Notes under the pieces: generated by a model
Seen by the model: the letters and a program-made list of their open reading frames with translations, nothing else
Databases searched by the model: none
What the model was told of the DNA's origin: nothing
In this document: positions 16,467 through 24,820 of the stretch, in pieces
Position numbering within the stretch: the stretch's first letter is position 1
Layout: each line of letters opens with the position of its first letter
Translations under genes and position numbers: made by a program
Source: Candidatus Rokuibacteriota bacterium
Lineage (GTDB): Bacteria; Methylomirabilota; Methylomirabilia; Rokubacteriales; CSP1-6
Assembly: GCA_050731995.1 (NCBI GenBank)
Contig: JBOHQB010000231.1
Span: forward strand, 1-34,380
Length of the DNA: 34,380 nucleotides
Reading direction: 5' to 3'

Positions 16467-16960
16467 TCCCATCCCTCTCGAAGCCGACGAACGTAATCGT
16501 CCGCGCGTTCATCGGCCCAGACCGCGCGACCACTCCCACGAAGCGCCAACAGTCGATCGGGGCGCGTGCTGGACGCCGACGTTCTCACGTGCTCGCGGTT
16601 GTACCAATCAATTAGATCTCGGTAGCGCGCCGGAATATCTTCTCTGGCGGGAGCCGTCTTGGCACCCTCCCGCGCCGGATGGAATGGATCGCCAGGGCGG
16701 AAGAGACGTCGGCGGCTCTTCCCAGTCTCAAGCAGCATCCGGTAGCGGCCGGGGTTCGGCCGTCGGTTGGCGACGCAGTGCTGGACCACGTGGACGTGGA
16801 CACTGCCCCTCAACCCGAGCGCTGAAGCTTCCTTGCGTGCTCGCTCAACAATCTCCGCGATAGAGAAGTCCTCCCGGTCCGGATGCTCTCGATGGAGCAG
16901 TGCCGCGGCGATCCAGACTTCGTCTGCGACTTTGGTCTGGGGTTCCGATGCGGCTTTCAC
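16463..16960 (-). CDS. putative cognate antitoxin of VapC, atypically large (165 aa), uncharacterised N-terminal domain
   Basis: GTG 16960. Position and the 4-nt overlap with vapC argue for an antitoxin. The C-terminal tail is LLALRGSGRAVWADERADDYVRRLREGWE. The first ~120 aa (EVWIAAALLHREHPDREDFSIAEIVERARKEA...HVVQHCVANRRPNPGRYRMLLETG...) do not look like AbrB, RHH, Phd or MerR-type VapB domains. Confidence 0.6.
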   Translation of the reverse strand: MKAASEPQTKVADEVWIAAALLHREHPDREDFSIAEIVERARKEASALGLRGSVHVHVVQHCVANRRPNPGRYRMLLETGKSRRRLFRPGDPFHPAREGAKTAPAREDIPARYRDLIDWYNREHVRTSASSTRPDRLLALRGSGRAVWADERADDYVRRLREGWE

Positions 16961-16961
16961 A

Positions 16962-16991
16962 TACTAAGACTACCTTAGTATCGAGGTAGTC
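16962..16991 (-). promoter_or_regulatory. interlocked inverted repeats upstream of the TA operon (candidate operator)
   Basis: TACTAAG-N5-CTTAGTA (16962-16980) overlaps GACTACC (16968-16974) / GGTAGTC (16985-16991). A TTGACA hexamer lies on the minus strand at 17003-17008. The whole 62-nt spacer to the upstream DUF2889 stop is unusually A/T-rich. Confidence 0.4.
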
Positions 16992-17022
16992 TCAAATCGT
17001 AGTGTCAAAGCCCTTCGGAGAG

Positions 17023-17901
17023 TCAGGCGAGGAGCTTCAGGAGATCGGCCGTGAGGTCGTAGAGCTGGGCGCACCCGGTCACGCCGCCGAGGTGGCCCTG
17101 GATGCGCTTTCGCAAGCCCGCATCGACGGTCTCGCCGAGCATCGCGCGCATCCGCTTCTGCGGCTCCGAGCAGACGCCCGCGTAGGGCAGCCGCGGCGTG
17201 ACATGCTCCGCGCGCGCGATCCGGCCGGTCCCGAGATCGATCTCGTAGGTCAGCTCGAAGCCGTGGACGTTGTCGTGCATCGAGTGGAAGAGGCGCAGGC
17301 GGGCGCCGGCGCGCGCGAGGCGCGCCACCTTGCGACGCTCGAATACGCGCCGTTGCCCCGCGCGGGGACTGTAGAGGTCCGGTGTCGCCGCCGCGACGAT
17401 GCCGGGACCGAGCAGCGCGCGGCCCGCCGCACTGTAGGAAAAGCACGAGTCCGGAAGATCCGCCCAGGCGGTCGTGTCCAGCCGCCAGCACTCGAGCGGA
17501 TCACCGCCGGCCGCGAGCGAAGCCTCGGCGCGTGGGAGCTTCGCGACCTGACGCGCCAGGCGAGCGACCTCGATCACGGCGTCGACGACCAGCGCCGCAC
17601 CGTCACCCGTGCCCGTCGCCTCGGCCGCGCGCCGGGTGAGTCCGCCGACCATCGGCACGCCGGCGAGGCGCCCGACCCCGGAGAGGACGGACGGGGCGAC
17701 CGCGCCCCGCAGCAGGCGACCGGCAGCCGCGCGGATCTCGTACGACGGCGAGGGCAGCGCCACGACCGCGAGCTCGAGGGCCCGGTCATCGTCCGACAGC
17801 CGCACCGTGTGGGTGAGCGCGTCCGCGTGGGTGTTGTCGATCCATCCCTCCATGACGCGCTCGTAGCGGTCCCGGCCGTGGAGCAGCGCGGGCTCGACCA
17901 C
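17023..17901 (-). CDS. DUF2889-like protein
   Basis: Trimmed from ORF 17023..18054. Start is GTG 17901 (2 nt after the YHS ORF stop) or ATG 17853 (MEGWIDNTHAD...). The C-terminal GGVTGCAQLYDLTADL resembles the conserved G.GC.HL motif I associate with DUF2889. The first ~50 codons of the listed ORF overlap the YHS ORF in another frame and are rejected. Confidence 0.65.
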   Translation of the reverse strand: MVEPALLHGRDRYERVMEGWIDNTHADALTHTVRLSDDDRALELAVVALPSPSYEIRAAAGRLLRGAVAPSVLSGVGRLAGVPMVGGLTRRAAEATGTGDGAALVVDAVIEVARLARQVAKLPRAEASLAAGGDPLECWRLDTTAWADLPDSCFSYSAAGRALLGPGIVAAATPDLYSPRAGQRRVFERRKVARLARAGARLRLFHSMHDNVHGFELTYEIDLGTGRIARAEHVTPRLPYAGVCSEPQKRMRAMLGETVDAGLRKRIQGHLGGVTGCAQLYDLTADLLKLLA

Positions 17902-17903
17902 GC

Positions 17904-18071
17904 TCAGCGCTCCATGGGGGTCGCGCCGCCCGCCAGGTATGTCTCGGGCTCGCGGTCGAACTTCTGCTTGCAGCCGACCGCGCAGAAGTAGTAGGTCCGC
18001 CCCTCGTGGACCGACTGCGCGGCCGCGCGCGCGGGCTCGACGGTCATCTTGCACACCGGATCAACCGCCAT
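17904..18071 (-). CDS. YHS-domain (TRASH-like) small metal-binding protein, 55 aa
   Basis: Not in the ORF track (below its apparent ~60-aa cutoff). Minus-strand ATG at 18071 gives [55 protein letters not shown], with TGA at 17904-17906. It matches the YHS pattern DPVC.M.V......Y.G.TYYFC...C...F...PE.Y. The start overlaps the last 11 nt of copA. Confidence 0.7.
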   Translation of the reverse strand: MAVDPVCKMTVEPARAAAQSVHEGRTYYFCAVGCKQKFDREPETYLAGGATPMER

Positions 18072-20304
18072 CGCTGGGCCTCCATCGCTTGAGCCTGAGG
18101 CTGTTGGTGACCACGGACACGGACGAGAACGCCATCGCGGCGCCGGCGAGGATCGGTGAGAGCTGCACGTGCCAGAGCGGGTAGAGCACGCCCGCCGCCA
18201 CCGGGATCAGCACGGCGTTGTAGCCGAACGCCCAGACCAGATTTTCCTTGATCACCCGGATCGTCCGCCGCGACAGCTCCACCGCCGCGACGACTCCCCG
18301 TAGATCGCCCCGCATGAGCGTGACGTCGGCGGCGTCGATCGCCACGTCCGTGCCCGTACCCATGGCGATGCCGACGTCGGCCCGCGCCAGCGCCGGCGCG
18401 TCGTTGATCCCGTCGCCGACCATGGCGACGCGCCGCCCCGAGGCCTGGAGCGCCTGGATCTCACGCGCCTTGTCGGCCGGTAGCACCTCGGCGAGGACGC
18501 GGTCGACGCCGGCTTCGACCGCGATGGCCTGCGCGGTGGCGCGATTGTCGCCGGTCAGCATGACGACGGCGAGCCCGGCCCGCTTGAGCGCGGCGACGGC
18601 GCCGCGCGCCTCGGGCTTCAGCGTGTCGGCGACGGCGAGGAGCCCGAGCGGCCGCCCGGCGTGGACGAGGTACACGACGGTCTTGCCCGAGGCGGCGAGC
18701 GCGGCGCCGCGCGCGGCCAGCGGCCCCGGGTCGAAGCCGCGGGTTCGCAGAAGGGTGAGGTTGCCGAGAAGCACGCGGCCGTCGGGCGCCATCGCGTCCA
18801 CCCCCTGGCCCGGCACGGTCGCGAACTCCGTGACCAGGGGCAAGCCGAGCCCCGCCTCCTTCGCCCGCGCGACGATGGCTTCGCCGATCGGATGCTCGGA
18901 TCCCTGCTCTGCCGCGGCCGCGAGCGCCAGGACCTCGTCCTCCGTCGCGGGCTGGAGCGCCACGACGTCGGTGACCGACGGACGCCCATGTGTGAGCGTG
19001 CCGGTCTTGTCGAAGACGGCCGTGTCCACCCGGTGGAGCACCTCGAGCGCCGCCGCGCTCTTGATGAGGATGCCGTGCTCGGCGCCGCGGCCCGTGCCGA
19101 CCATGATCGCCGTCGGCGTCGCGAGACCCATCGCGCACGGGCACGCGATGACGAGCACCGCGACCGCATTCGTCAGCGCCGAGAGCACGGCCGGCTCCGG
19201 CCCCAGGAACCACCACGCGAGGAACGTGGCCCCGGCGATGGCGAGCACGACCGGCACGAAGACCGCGGCGACCCGATCCGCGACTCGCTGGATCGGCGCG
19301 CGCGAGCCCTGCGCCTCCTCCACGAGCCGGACGATGCGCGCCAGCGTCGTCTCGGCACCGACGCGCGTGGCGCGGAACACGAACGAGCCTGTACGGTTGA
19401 TCGTGCCCCCGATCACCTGGGCGCCGGACGCCTTTTCGATCGGGAGGCTCTCGCCGGTCAGCATGGACTCGTCCACCGCGGAGGCGCCCTCCAGGACGAT
19501 GCCGTCCACCGGAATGCGCTCCCCCGGGCGGACCCGCACGACGTCACCGACGACCACCTCCGCCGTCGGAACGTCCACCTCGGCGCCGCCGCGCAGCACG
19601 CGCGCCGTGCGCGGCGCGAGCGCGACCAGCCGACGGATCGCGTCCGACGTGCGCCCGCGTGCCCGCGCCTCGAGCCAGCGCCCCAGCACGACCAGCGTGA
19701 TGACGACTGCGCTGACATCGTAATAGGTCATGCCGCCGACGGCCATGAACGCGTGGGGCCTGAGCGTCACCGCGACGCTGAAGGCGTAGGCCGCGGTCGT
19801 GCCCAGGGAGACCAGCGTGGACATCGAGGCGCTGCGGTAGCGCAGGTCGTACAGAAAGCCCCGGTGGAACGCGGCGCCGACCCAGAACTGCACCGGCGTG
19901 GTGAGCACGAGCAGCGTCCACGGGTCGGCCAGCCACGCGGGCGCCCAGGGGAAGACGTGACGCATCCCGCCGACGAGCACCGGAATCGAGAGCGCGGCGC
20001 CGACGACGAGCTTGACGAGCTCGCGCCGCTGCTCCTCTGCCCGCGCCGCGCGCGCTGGGTCGGACGCCGGCGCCGCCGCTCCGCCGGAGGCCGCGGGCGC
20101 GCCGAGCTCGTACCCCGCGGCCGCGACGGCGGCCCGGAGCGCCTCGAGCGACGCGCGCGCGGGCTCGAGCTCCACCGTCGCCCGCTCGGTGGCGAGGTTG
20201 ACCGACGCGGCCGTGACCCCATCGACCGAGCCGAGCGCACGCTCGACGCGGCCGACGCACGCGGCGCAGTGCATGCCGCGCACCGGCAGCGTGATCCGCT
20301 CCAT
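18061..20304 (-). CDS. copA: copper-translocating P1B-type ATPase
   Basis: Trimmed from ORF 18061..20400. ATG 20304 gives [24 protein letters not shown] (HMA domain with the CxxC motif). It also has TGES, the CPC motif ([11 protein letters not shown]), DKTGTLT and [13 protein letters not shown] overlap with csoR. Confidence 0.95.
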   Translation of the reverse strand: MERITLPVRGMHCAACVGRVERALGSVDGVTAASVNLATERATVELEPARASLEALRAAVAAAGYELGAPAASGGAAAPASDPARAARAEEQRRELVKLVVGAALSIPVLVGGMRHVFPWAPAWLADPWTLLVLTTPVQFWVGAAFHRGFLYDLRYRSASMSTLVSLGTTAAYAFSVAVTLRPHAFMAVGGMTYYDVSAVVITLVVLGRWLEARARGRTSDAIRRLVALAPRTARVLRGGAEVDVPTAEVVVGDVVRVRPGERIPVDGIVLEGASAVDESMLTGESLPIEKASGAQVIGGTINRTGSFVFRATRVGAETTLARIVRLVEEAQGSRAPIQRVADRVAAVFVPVVLAIAGATFLAWWFLGPEPAVLSALTNAVAVLVIACPCAMGLATPTAIMVGTGRGAEHGILIKSAAALEVLHRVDTAVFDKTGTLTHGRPSVTDVVALQPATEDEVLALAAAAEQGSEHPIGEAIVARAKEAGLGLPLVTEFATVPGQGVDAMAPDGRVLLGNLTLLRTRGFDPGPLAARGAALAASGKTVVYLVHAGRPLGLLAVADTLKPEARGAVAALKRAGLAVVMLTGDNRATAQAIAVEAGVDRVLAEVLPADKAREIQALQASGRRVAMVGDGINDAPALARADVGIAMGTGTDVAIDAADVTLMRGDLRGVVAAVELSRRTIRVIKENLVWAFGYNAVLIPVAAGVLYPLWHVQLSPILAGAAMAFSSVSVVTNSLRLKRWRPSDGG

Positions 20305-20585
20305 CAACGGCCTCCGAAGCGGGAGAAGACGTCGAGCAGCTCGTCGAGCTTCTGCTGCCGGTCGCCGCGCGACCCCGACCGGAGCGCGTCCGCGACGCAC
20401 GACTCGATGTGCCGGCCGAGGAGGAGCTTCTGCACCTGCTCGAGCGCCCCCTGCACCGCCGAGATCTGGAGCAGGATGTCCACGCAGTACGCGTCGTTGT
20501 CGAGCATCCGCTGCAGCCCCTGCACCTGCCCCTCGATGCGACGCAGCCGTCCCCGCGCCTTCGTTTTCGTCTCGTCGTTGATCAC
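20304..20585 (-). CDS. csoR: CsoR-family copper-sensing transcriptional repressor
   Basis: GTG 20585, 93 aa. The RL+RIEGQV.G+.RM core is present, with a Cys (AYCVD) plus His-x3-Cys (RHIESC) ligand set, i.e. the Cu(I) x-C-H-C signature. Confidence 0.9.
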   Translation of the reverse strand: MINDETKTKARGRLRRIEGQVQGLQRMLDNDAYCVDILLQISAVQGALEQVQKLLLGRHIESCVADALRSGSRGDRQQKLDELLDVFSRFGGR

Positions 20586-20589
20586 CCTA

Positions 20590-20604
20590 TACCCCCTAGG
20601 GGTA
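20590..20604 (-). promoter_or_regulatory. CsoR-type operator pseudopalindrome
   Basis: TACCCC-CTA-GGGGTA lies 5 nt upstream of the csoR GTG. GC-rich inverted repeats capped by TAC/GTA are the known CsoR operator style. On the minus strand the site is followed by TATAGG and then GTG. Confidence 0.6.
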
Positions 20605-20639
20605 GTCTGCGCCGGGCGCCGGGTCGTGTCAACCGCGTG

Positions 20640-21545
20640 TCAGCGGCGGAGGCGGAGCGCGCCGGGCTCGACGGTCACGTCGACGGGCGCGTCCGGCGCG
20701 GCCTCGCCATCGAGGTGGACGGGCAGGGGCACCGCCGCCCGTATCGCGAAGGTCCGCCCCGGAATCGTGACGACGCGCGGATGACGGAGATGGCCGCCGC
20801 TGTAGACGCGCGGAAGCCAGCGGAGCAGCTCGGCACGCCCCATCTCGCCGAGGACGACGAGGTCCAGCCGGCCGTCGTCCGGCGCCGCCGACGGCGCGAT
20901 CCGCATGCCGCCGCCGTAGTGCCGCCCGTTGGCAACGACGGCGGCGGTCAGCGGTCCCGACCACGCCCGGCGTCCGTCCACGGAGATCTCGGCGTCGACA
21001 GGACGGTGGCGCGCGAGCGTGAGGAGCACCGCGACGAGATAGGGCACCGTCCCGCCGCCGCGGAGCGACGCCGCGCGACGCGCGACCGCCGCGTCGAAGC
21101 CGACGCCCGCTGCCGCGACGAAGCGGCGCCGCGTGCCGTCGGGCCATTCCGCGGCGCCGAGATCGAGCGTAACGTCCGCGCCGTCGGCCAGACGCCGCGC
21201 CGCGGCAACCGGATCGGTCGGAATCCCGAGGTTGCGGCACGCGTCGCACCCCCGGCCCGTCGGAATGAAGCCGACGCTCGCCCGCGTGCCGCCGGCGGGC
21301 GCGACCACACCCGCGACGCCGTTGACGACCTCGAGAAGCGTGCCGTCGCCGCCGACGGCGACGACCAGGGGCCAGCCGCGCTCCGCCGCGGCCCGCGCCA
21401 ACGCCGTGGCCTCGCCGGGCTCGCGTGTCTCCACCGCTTCGAGATCGGCGCCGAGGCGCCGGAGCGCATCGCGCGCGTGCGGCCAGACGCGGCGCGTCCG
21501 CCCGCCGCCGGCCGCGGGGTTGACGACGGCGAACGCGCGCGTCAC
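20640..21545 (-). CDS. diacylglycerol/lipid kinase family protein (YegS/BmrU-like)
   Basis: Trimmed from ORF 20640..22052. GTG 21545 gives (V)TRAFAVVNPAAGGGRT... (301 aa), with VVAVGGDGTLLEVVNG (GGDGT motif) and GFIPTGRG. GTGA overlap with the upstream gene. Confidence 0.85.
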   Translation of the reverse strand: MTRAFAVVNPAAGGGRTRRVWPHARDALRRLGADLEAVETREPGEATALARAAAERGWPLVVAVGGDGTLLEVVNGVAGVVAPAGGTRASVGFIPTGRGCDACRNLGIPTDPVAAARRLADGADVTLDLGAAEWPDGTRRRFVAAAGVGFDAAVARRAASLRGGGTVPYLVAVLLTLARHRPVDAEISVDGRRAWSGPLTAAVVANGRHYGGGMRIAPSAAPDDGRLDLVVLGEMGRAELLRWLPRVYSGGHLRHPRVVTIPGRTFAIRAAVPLPVHLDGEAAPDAPVDVTVEPGALRLRR

Positions 21546-21895
21546 TCGAAGAGCGAGGGCTGGATCGCGCCGGCCGACGGCGTCGCGCGGCGCCGCTTCG
21601 CCTTCTTCCCCTTTCGCGTCCTCGTCGTAGCGTCCGACGCCGTCGCCCGCGGCAGCTTCCAGCCCTTCTGGTGGGCGATGCGCTCGCCCTGCTTGATGAC
21701 CAGGAGGTCCACGAGCCGCGCGAGCGGGTTGCCGAGCAGCATCAGGTAGCGCTCCCAGTAGCGCGGCGAAAACGCGAGTGTGCGCATCTGGTCGAGCGCG
21801 AGCGACAGCGTCGCGCGGTCGCCCTTCCGCGCCGCCAGCCTCAGCTGGCCGAGGAGCCGCTGCGCGCTGATTCGTGAGGGCGCGGTCTTGGCCAT
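21542..21895 (-). CDS. small basic hypothetical protein (117 aa)
   Basis: ATG 21895, with high GC3. A helical N-terminal part (RYWERYLMLLGNPLARLVDLLVIKQG) is followed by a Lys/Arg-rich tail (TRKGKKAKRRR) ending in QPSLFE. It is translationally coupled to the lipid kinase. Confidence 0.55.
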   Translation of the reverse strand: MAKTAPSRISAQRLLGQLRLAARKGDRATLSLALDQMRTLAFSPRYWERYLMLLGNPLARLVDLLVIKQGERIAHQKGWKLPRATASDATTRTRKGKKAKRRRATPSAGAIQPSLFE

Positions 21896-21922
21896 GCGCG
21901 CGCGATGCTACCACGCGCGGGT

Positions 21923-22083
21923 GGGCCGGGGGGCGGGGTCTCCAAGGAAATCCGCGAGCACCGCGGCGCCGGTGACGCTCGCGGGGTGAGGCGGTGGCCG
22001 GCGAAGGAAATCCGTTGGCCCTACCTGCGTCGAAGGCAGCGGCCTTCGACATGTCGCCGCGTCGGATCTACTCGCGGATTTCC
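21923..22083. repeat. intergenic GGAAATCCG-module repeats (3 copies)
   Basis: GGAAATCCGCGAG lies at 21946-21958, and its exact reverse complement CTCGCGGATTTCC at 22071-22083. GGAAATCCGTTGGCCCTAC lies at 22006-22024. A G-rich run (GGGCCGGGGGGCGGGG) precedes the first copy. An internal hairpin GTCGAAGGC/GCCTTCGAC lies at 22029-22050. Confidence 0.8.
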
Positions 22084-22128
22084 ACGTCGGCTACTGCCTC
22101 GCCCCGCGAGCGCCGGCCGCGCCCCGCG

Positions 22129-23670
22129 TCAGCGCAGGCGGACCTCGAAGTCGTCGCGGTGCACCTGCCCGGTCGCGGCCTGGACCGTGAGCTTCACGTC
22201 CAGCGCCTCCTCCATCCGCCGCACGTCGTCCCGACCGGCGCCCTCGAGGTACGCGGCGAACGCCGGATGCACGCGCACGACGACCTGGCGTCCGCCGGCG
22301 GGCGCCTCCTCCATGGCGAGCTTGGCCTGGACGGCGCGGCAAACCTCGGCGGCGAGCGTCATCTCGGATTTGGTCACACCGCTCCCGCGGCAGACGTCGC
22401 ACGTCTCGGTCAGCAGCGCGCGCAGGTCCTGGCGCACGCGCTTGCGGGTCATCTCGACGATACCGAGCTCCGAGATGTCGAGGACATTCGTCCGCGCCTT
22501 GTCGTCGGCCAGCGCCTTGTTCAGCGCGCGCGACACCTGCTCGCGGTGCTCCGGGATCTCCATGTCGATGAAGTCGATGATGATGATCCCGCCGAGGTCG
22601 CGCAGCCGGATCTGGCGCACGATCTCGCCGATGGCCTCCAGATTGATCTTGAGGACCGTCTGCTCGAAATCCCGCTTGCCGACGTACTTGCCGCTGTTGA
22701 CGTCGATGGAGACGAGCGCCTCCGTGTGGTCGATGACGATGTAGCCGCCGGACTTGAGCCAGACACGCCGCCGCAGCGCCTTCTCGATGTCCTTCTCGAT
22801 GTCGTGCGTCTCGAAGATCGGCGTCCGGTCGGTGTAGAGGCGCACGCGCTCGGACAGCGCGGGGACGAGAGCCTCGACGTAGCCGAGGCACTTGTCGTAC
22901 ACCTCCCGGCTGTCCACGACGAACTCGTCGATCTCGGGCGAGAAAAGGTCGCGGATCACGCGAAACGGCAGGTCGGCCTCCTCGTGGAGGACGGCCGGCG
23001 CCGCCGCCTGCTCGAAGCGTGTCTGGATCTGCGCCCAGAGGCGCGAGAGGAACGCGACGTCGTGGGCGAACTCCGCCTCCCCCTTGCCCTCGGCGTTGGT
23101 CCGCACGATGAACCCGCCGGGCGGGAGCGGAAGATCGCGCAGCGCCGCGCGCAGCCGGTCGCGTTCCGCCTCGTCCCGGATCCGGCGCGAGACCCCGACG
23201 TGATTCGACTGCGGCATGTACACGAGGTAGCGGCCGGGTAGCGAGATGAACGACGTGATCCGGGCGCCCTTGGAGCCGAGCGACTCCTTGGACACCTGCA
23301 CGAGCACGTGCTGGCCCTTGTGCAGCATCGTCTCGATGGGTGCCGCCGATTCCCGGCGCGGCTCGGCCTCGTCGACCTCGACGTCGGCCGTCTCGTCCTC
23401 CTCGTCGGCGTGGCCGAGCAGCGCGCGGACCTCGGCGTCGAGGTTGGCGGTGTAATCCCCCACGTAGAGGAAGGCGTCCTTCGTGAGACCGAGGTCGACG
23501 AACGCCGCCTGCATCCCCGGCAGGACGTTCGTCACCGTGCCCTTGTAGACACTCCCCACGATCGAGCGCTGTCCCGGCCGCTCGAGGTACAGCTCGGTGA
23601 GGAGGCTACCCTCCTGGACTGCGACGCGGGTCTCCAGCAGACCCGCGTTGACGACGATCCGTTTGCTCAC
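22129..23670 (-). CDS. rng: ribonuclease G/E family endoribonuclease
   Basis: GTG 23670, 513 aa. It has an S1 domain (GSVYKGTVTNVLPGMQAAFVDLG) and a catalytic core (GGIIIIDFIDM, ISELGIVEMTRKR). It lacks the long RNase E scaffold tail, so it is RNase G-like. Confidence 0.9.
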   Translation of the reverse strand: MSKRIVVNAGLLETRVAVQEGSLLTELYLERPGQRSIVGSVYKGTVTNVLPGMQAAFVDLGLTKDAFLYVGDYTANLDAEVRALLGHADEEDETADVEVDEAEPRRESAAPIETMLHKGQHVLVQVSKESLGSKGARITSFISLPGRYLVYMPQSNHVGVSRRIRDEAERDRLRAALRDLPLPPGGFIVRTNAEGKGEAEFAHDVAFLSRLWAQIQTRFEQAAAPAVLHEEADLPFRVIRDLFSPEIDEFVVDSREVYDKCLGYVEALVPALSERVRLYTDRTPIFETHDIEKDIEKALRRRVWLKSGGYIVIDHTEALVSIDVNSGKYVGKRDFEQTVLKINLEAIGEIVRQIRLRDLGGIIIIDFIDMEIPEHREQVSRALNKALADDKARTNVLDISELGIVEMTRKRVRQDLRALLTETCDVCRGSGVTKSEMTLAAEVCRAVQAKLAMEEAPAGGRQVVVRVHPAFAAYLEGAGRDDVRRMEEALDVKLTVQAATGQVHRDDFEVRLR

Positions 23671-23724
23671 GGCAGCACCTCATCGACGCGCGCGCGCGCG
23701 TCACAGCAACGGCGAGCGCGCGTC

Positions 23725-24819
23725 TCATTGGAACTGCCGCATCCGCACGGAGAGCAGGATCCCGAGCGCCGCGAGGGAGACGAGGACCGAGGAGCCGCCG
23801 TAGCTCATGAGCGGCAGCGGCACACCGACCACGGGCAGGAGCCCGGTCACCATCCCCACGTTGACGAGCACCTGCGTCGCCAGCAGGGCGGTGATGCCCA
23901 GCGCGACGAGGCGGCCCACGGGCTCACGCGCGGTCACCGCGATGTCGAATCCTCGCAGCAGCAGCAGCGCATAGCACGTGAGCAACACGAGACAACCGAC
24001 GAATCCCCACATCTCGGCGAACACGGCGAAGATGAAATCCGTATGACGCTCCGGCAGGAACGCGAGCCGGCTCTGCGTCGCGCCGGCCACGCCCTTGCCC
24101 AGGAGCTGTCCCGAGCCGATGGCAATCTTGGCCTGGATCACGTTGTACGCGCTCCCGAGGGGATCGCGGAATGGGTCCAGGAAGACGAGTATCCGTTCAC
24201 GCTGGTAGTCCTTCATGGCGAGCCAGATCAGCGGCAGCGCGGCCATCCCGGCGAGGACGAAGCCGACCAGGAGGCGCAGGCGTATGCCGGCCGCCACGAG
24301 CAGCGCGCCGAGCGCCGGAATCAGCAGCAGCGCGGTGCCGAGGTCGGGTTGCCGGACGATCAGCACCAGCGGCACGGCGACGAGCGGCACGAGCAACGCG
24401 AGCGTGGAGCGGCCGAGCGGCTGGGCCCAGCGCGACGTCAGCAGCCAGACCACCATGAGAATGAAGCAGATCTTGAAGAGCTCCGACGGCTGCACCGACA
24501 CCGGGCCGACCAGAACCCAGCGGCGCGCCCCCGAGACGGTCCGCCCGAAGGCGACGACGAGCAGCAGCCCGCCGAGACCCACGAGGTAGAGGAGCGGCGC
24601 CGCGCGCACGACGCGCCGGTAGTCGAGGCTCGCCGCGACGACGAGGGCGAGGAAGCCGAGACCGAACCACGCGAGCTGGCGGTACGCCACGGTGCCGCCC
24701 GCGCGCCCGACGTGGAGACTGATGAGCGTCGAGGCGCTGAGGACGACGAGCCCCGCCGCCGCGCCGAGCAGCAGCCAGTCCACGTTCTGGAGCAGCCGTC
24801 GATCGAACCCGATGATCAC
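23725..24819 (-). CDS. rodA: rod shape-determining SEDS glycosyltransferase
   Basis: GTG 24819, 364 aa. It is a polytopic membrane protein of the FtsW/RodA/SpoVE family (PERHTDFIFAV, GVPLPLMSYGGSS). It lies directly downstream of mrdA. Confidence 0.9.
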   Translation of the reverse strand: MIIGFDRRLLQNVDWLLLGAAAGLVVLSASTLISLHVGRAGGTVAYRQLAWFGLGFLALVVAASLDYRRVVRAAPLLYLVGLGGLLLVVAFGRTVSGARRWVLVGPVSVQPSELFKICFILMVVWLLTSRWAQPLGRSTLALLVPLVAVPLVLIVRQPDLGTALLLIPALGALLVAAGIRLRLLVGFVLAGMAALPLIWLAMKDYQRERILVFLDPFRDPLGSAYNVIQAKIAIGSGQLLGKGVAGATQSRLAFLPERHTDFIFAVFAEMWGFVGCLVLLTCYALLLLRGFDIAVTAREPVGRLVALGITALLATQVLVNVGMVTGLLPVVGVPLPLMSYGGSSVLVSLAALGILLSVRMRQFQ

Positions 24820-24820
24820 G

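Noticed and set aside
17902-18054. GTG 18054 as the start of a 343-aa DUF2889 protein
   Set aside because: The first ~50 codons ([24 protein letters not shown]...) are junk-like. They overlap, in another frame, a perfect YHS-domain reading. GTG 17901 or ATG 17853 is more plausible.
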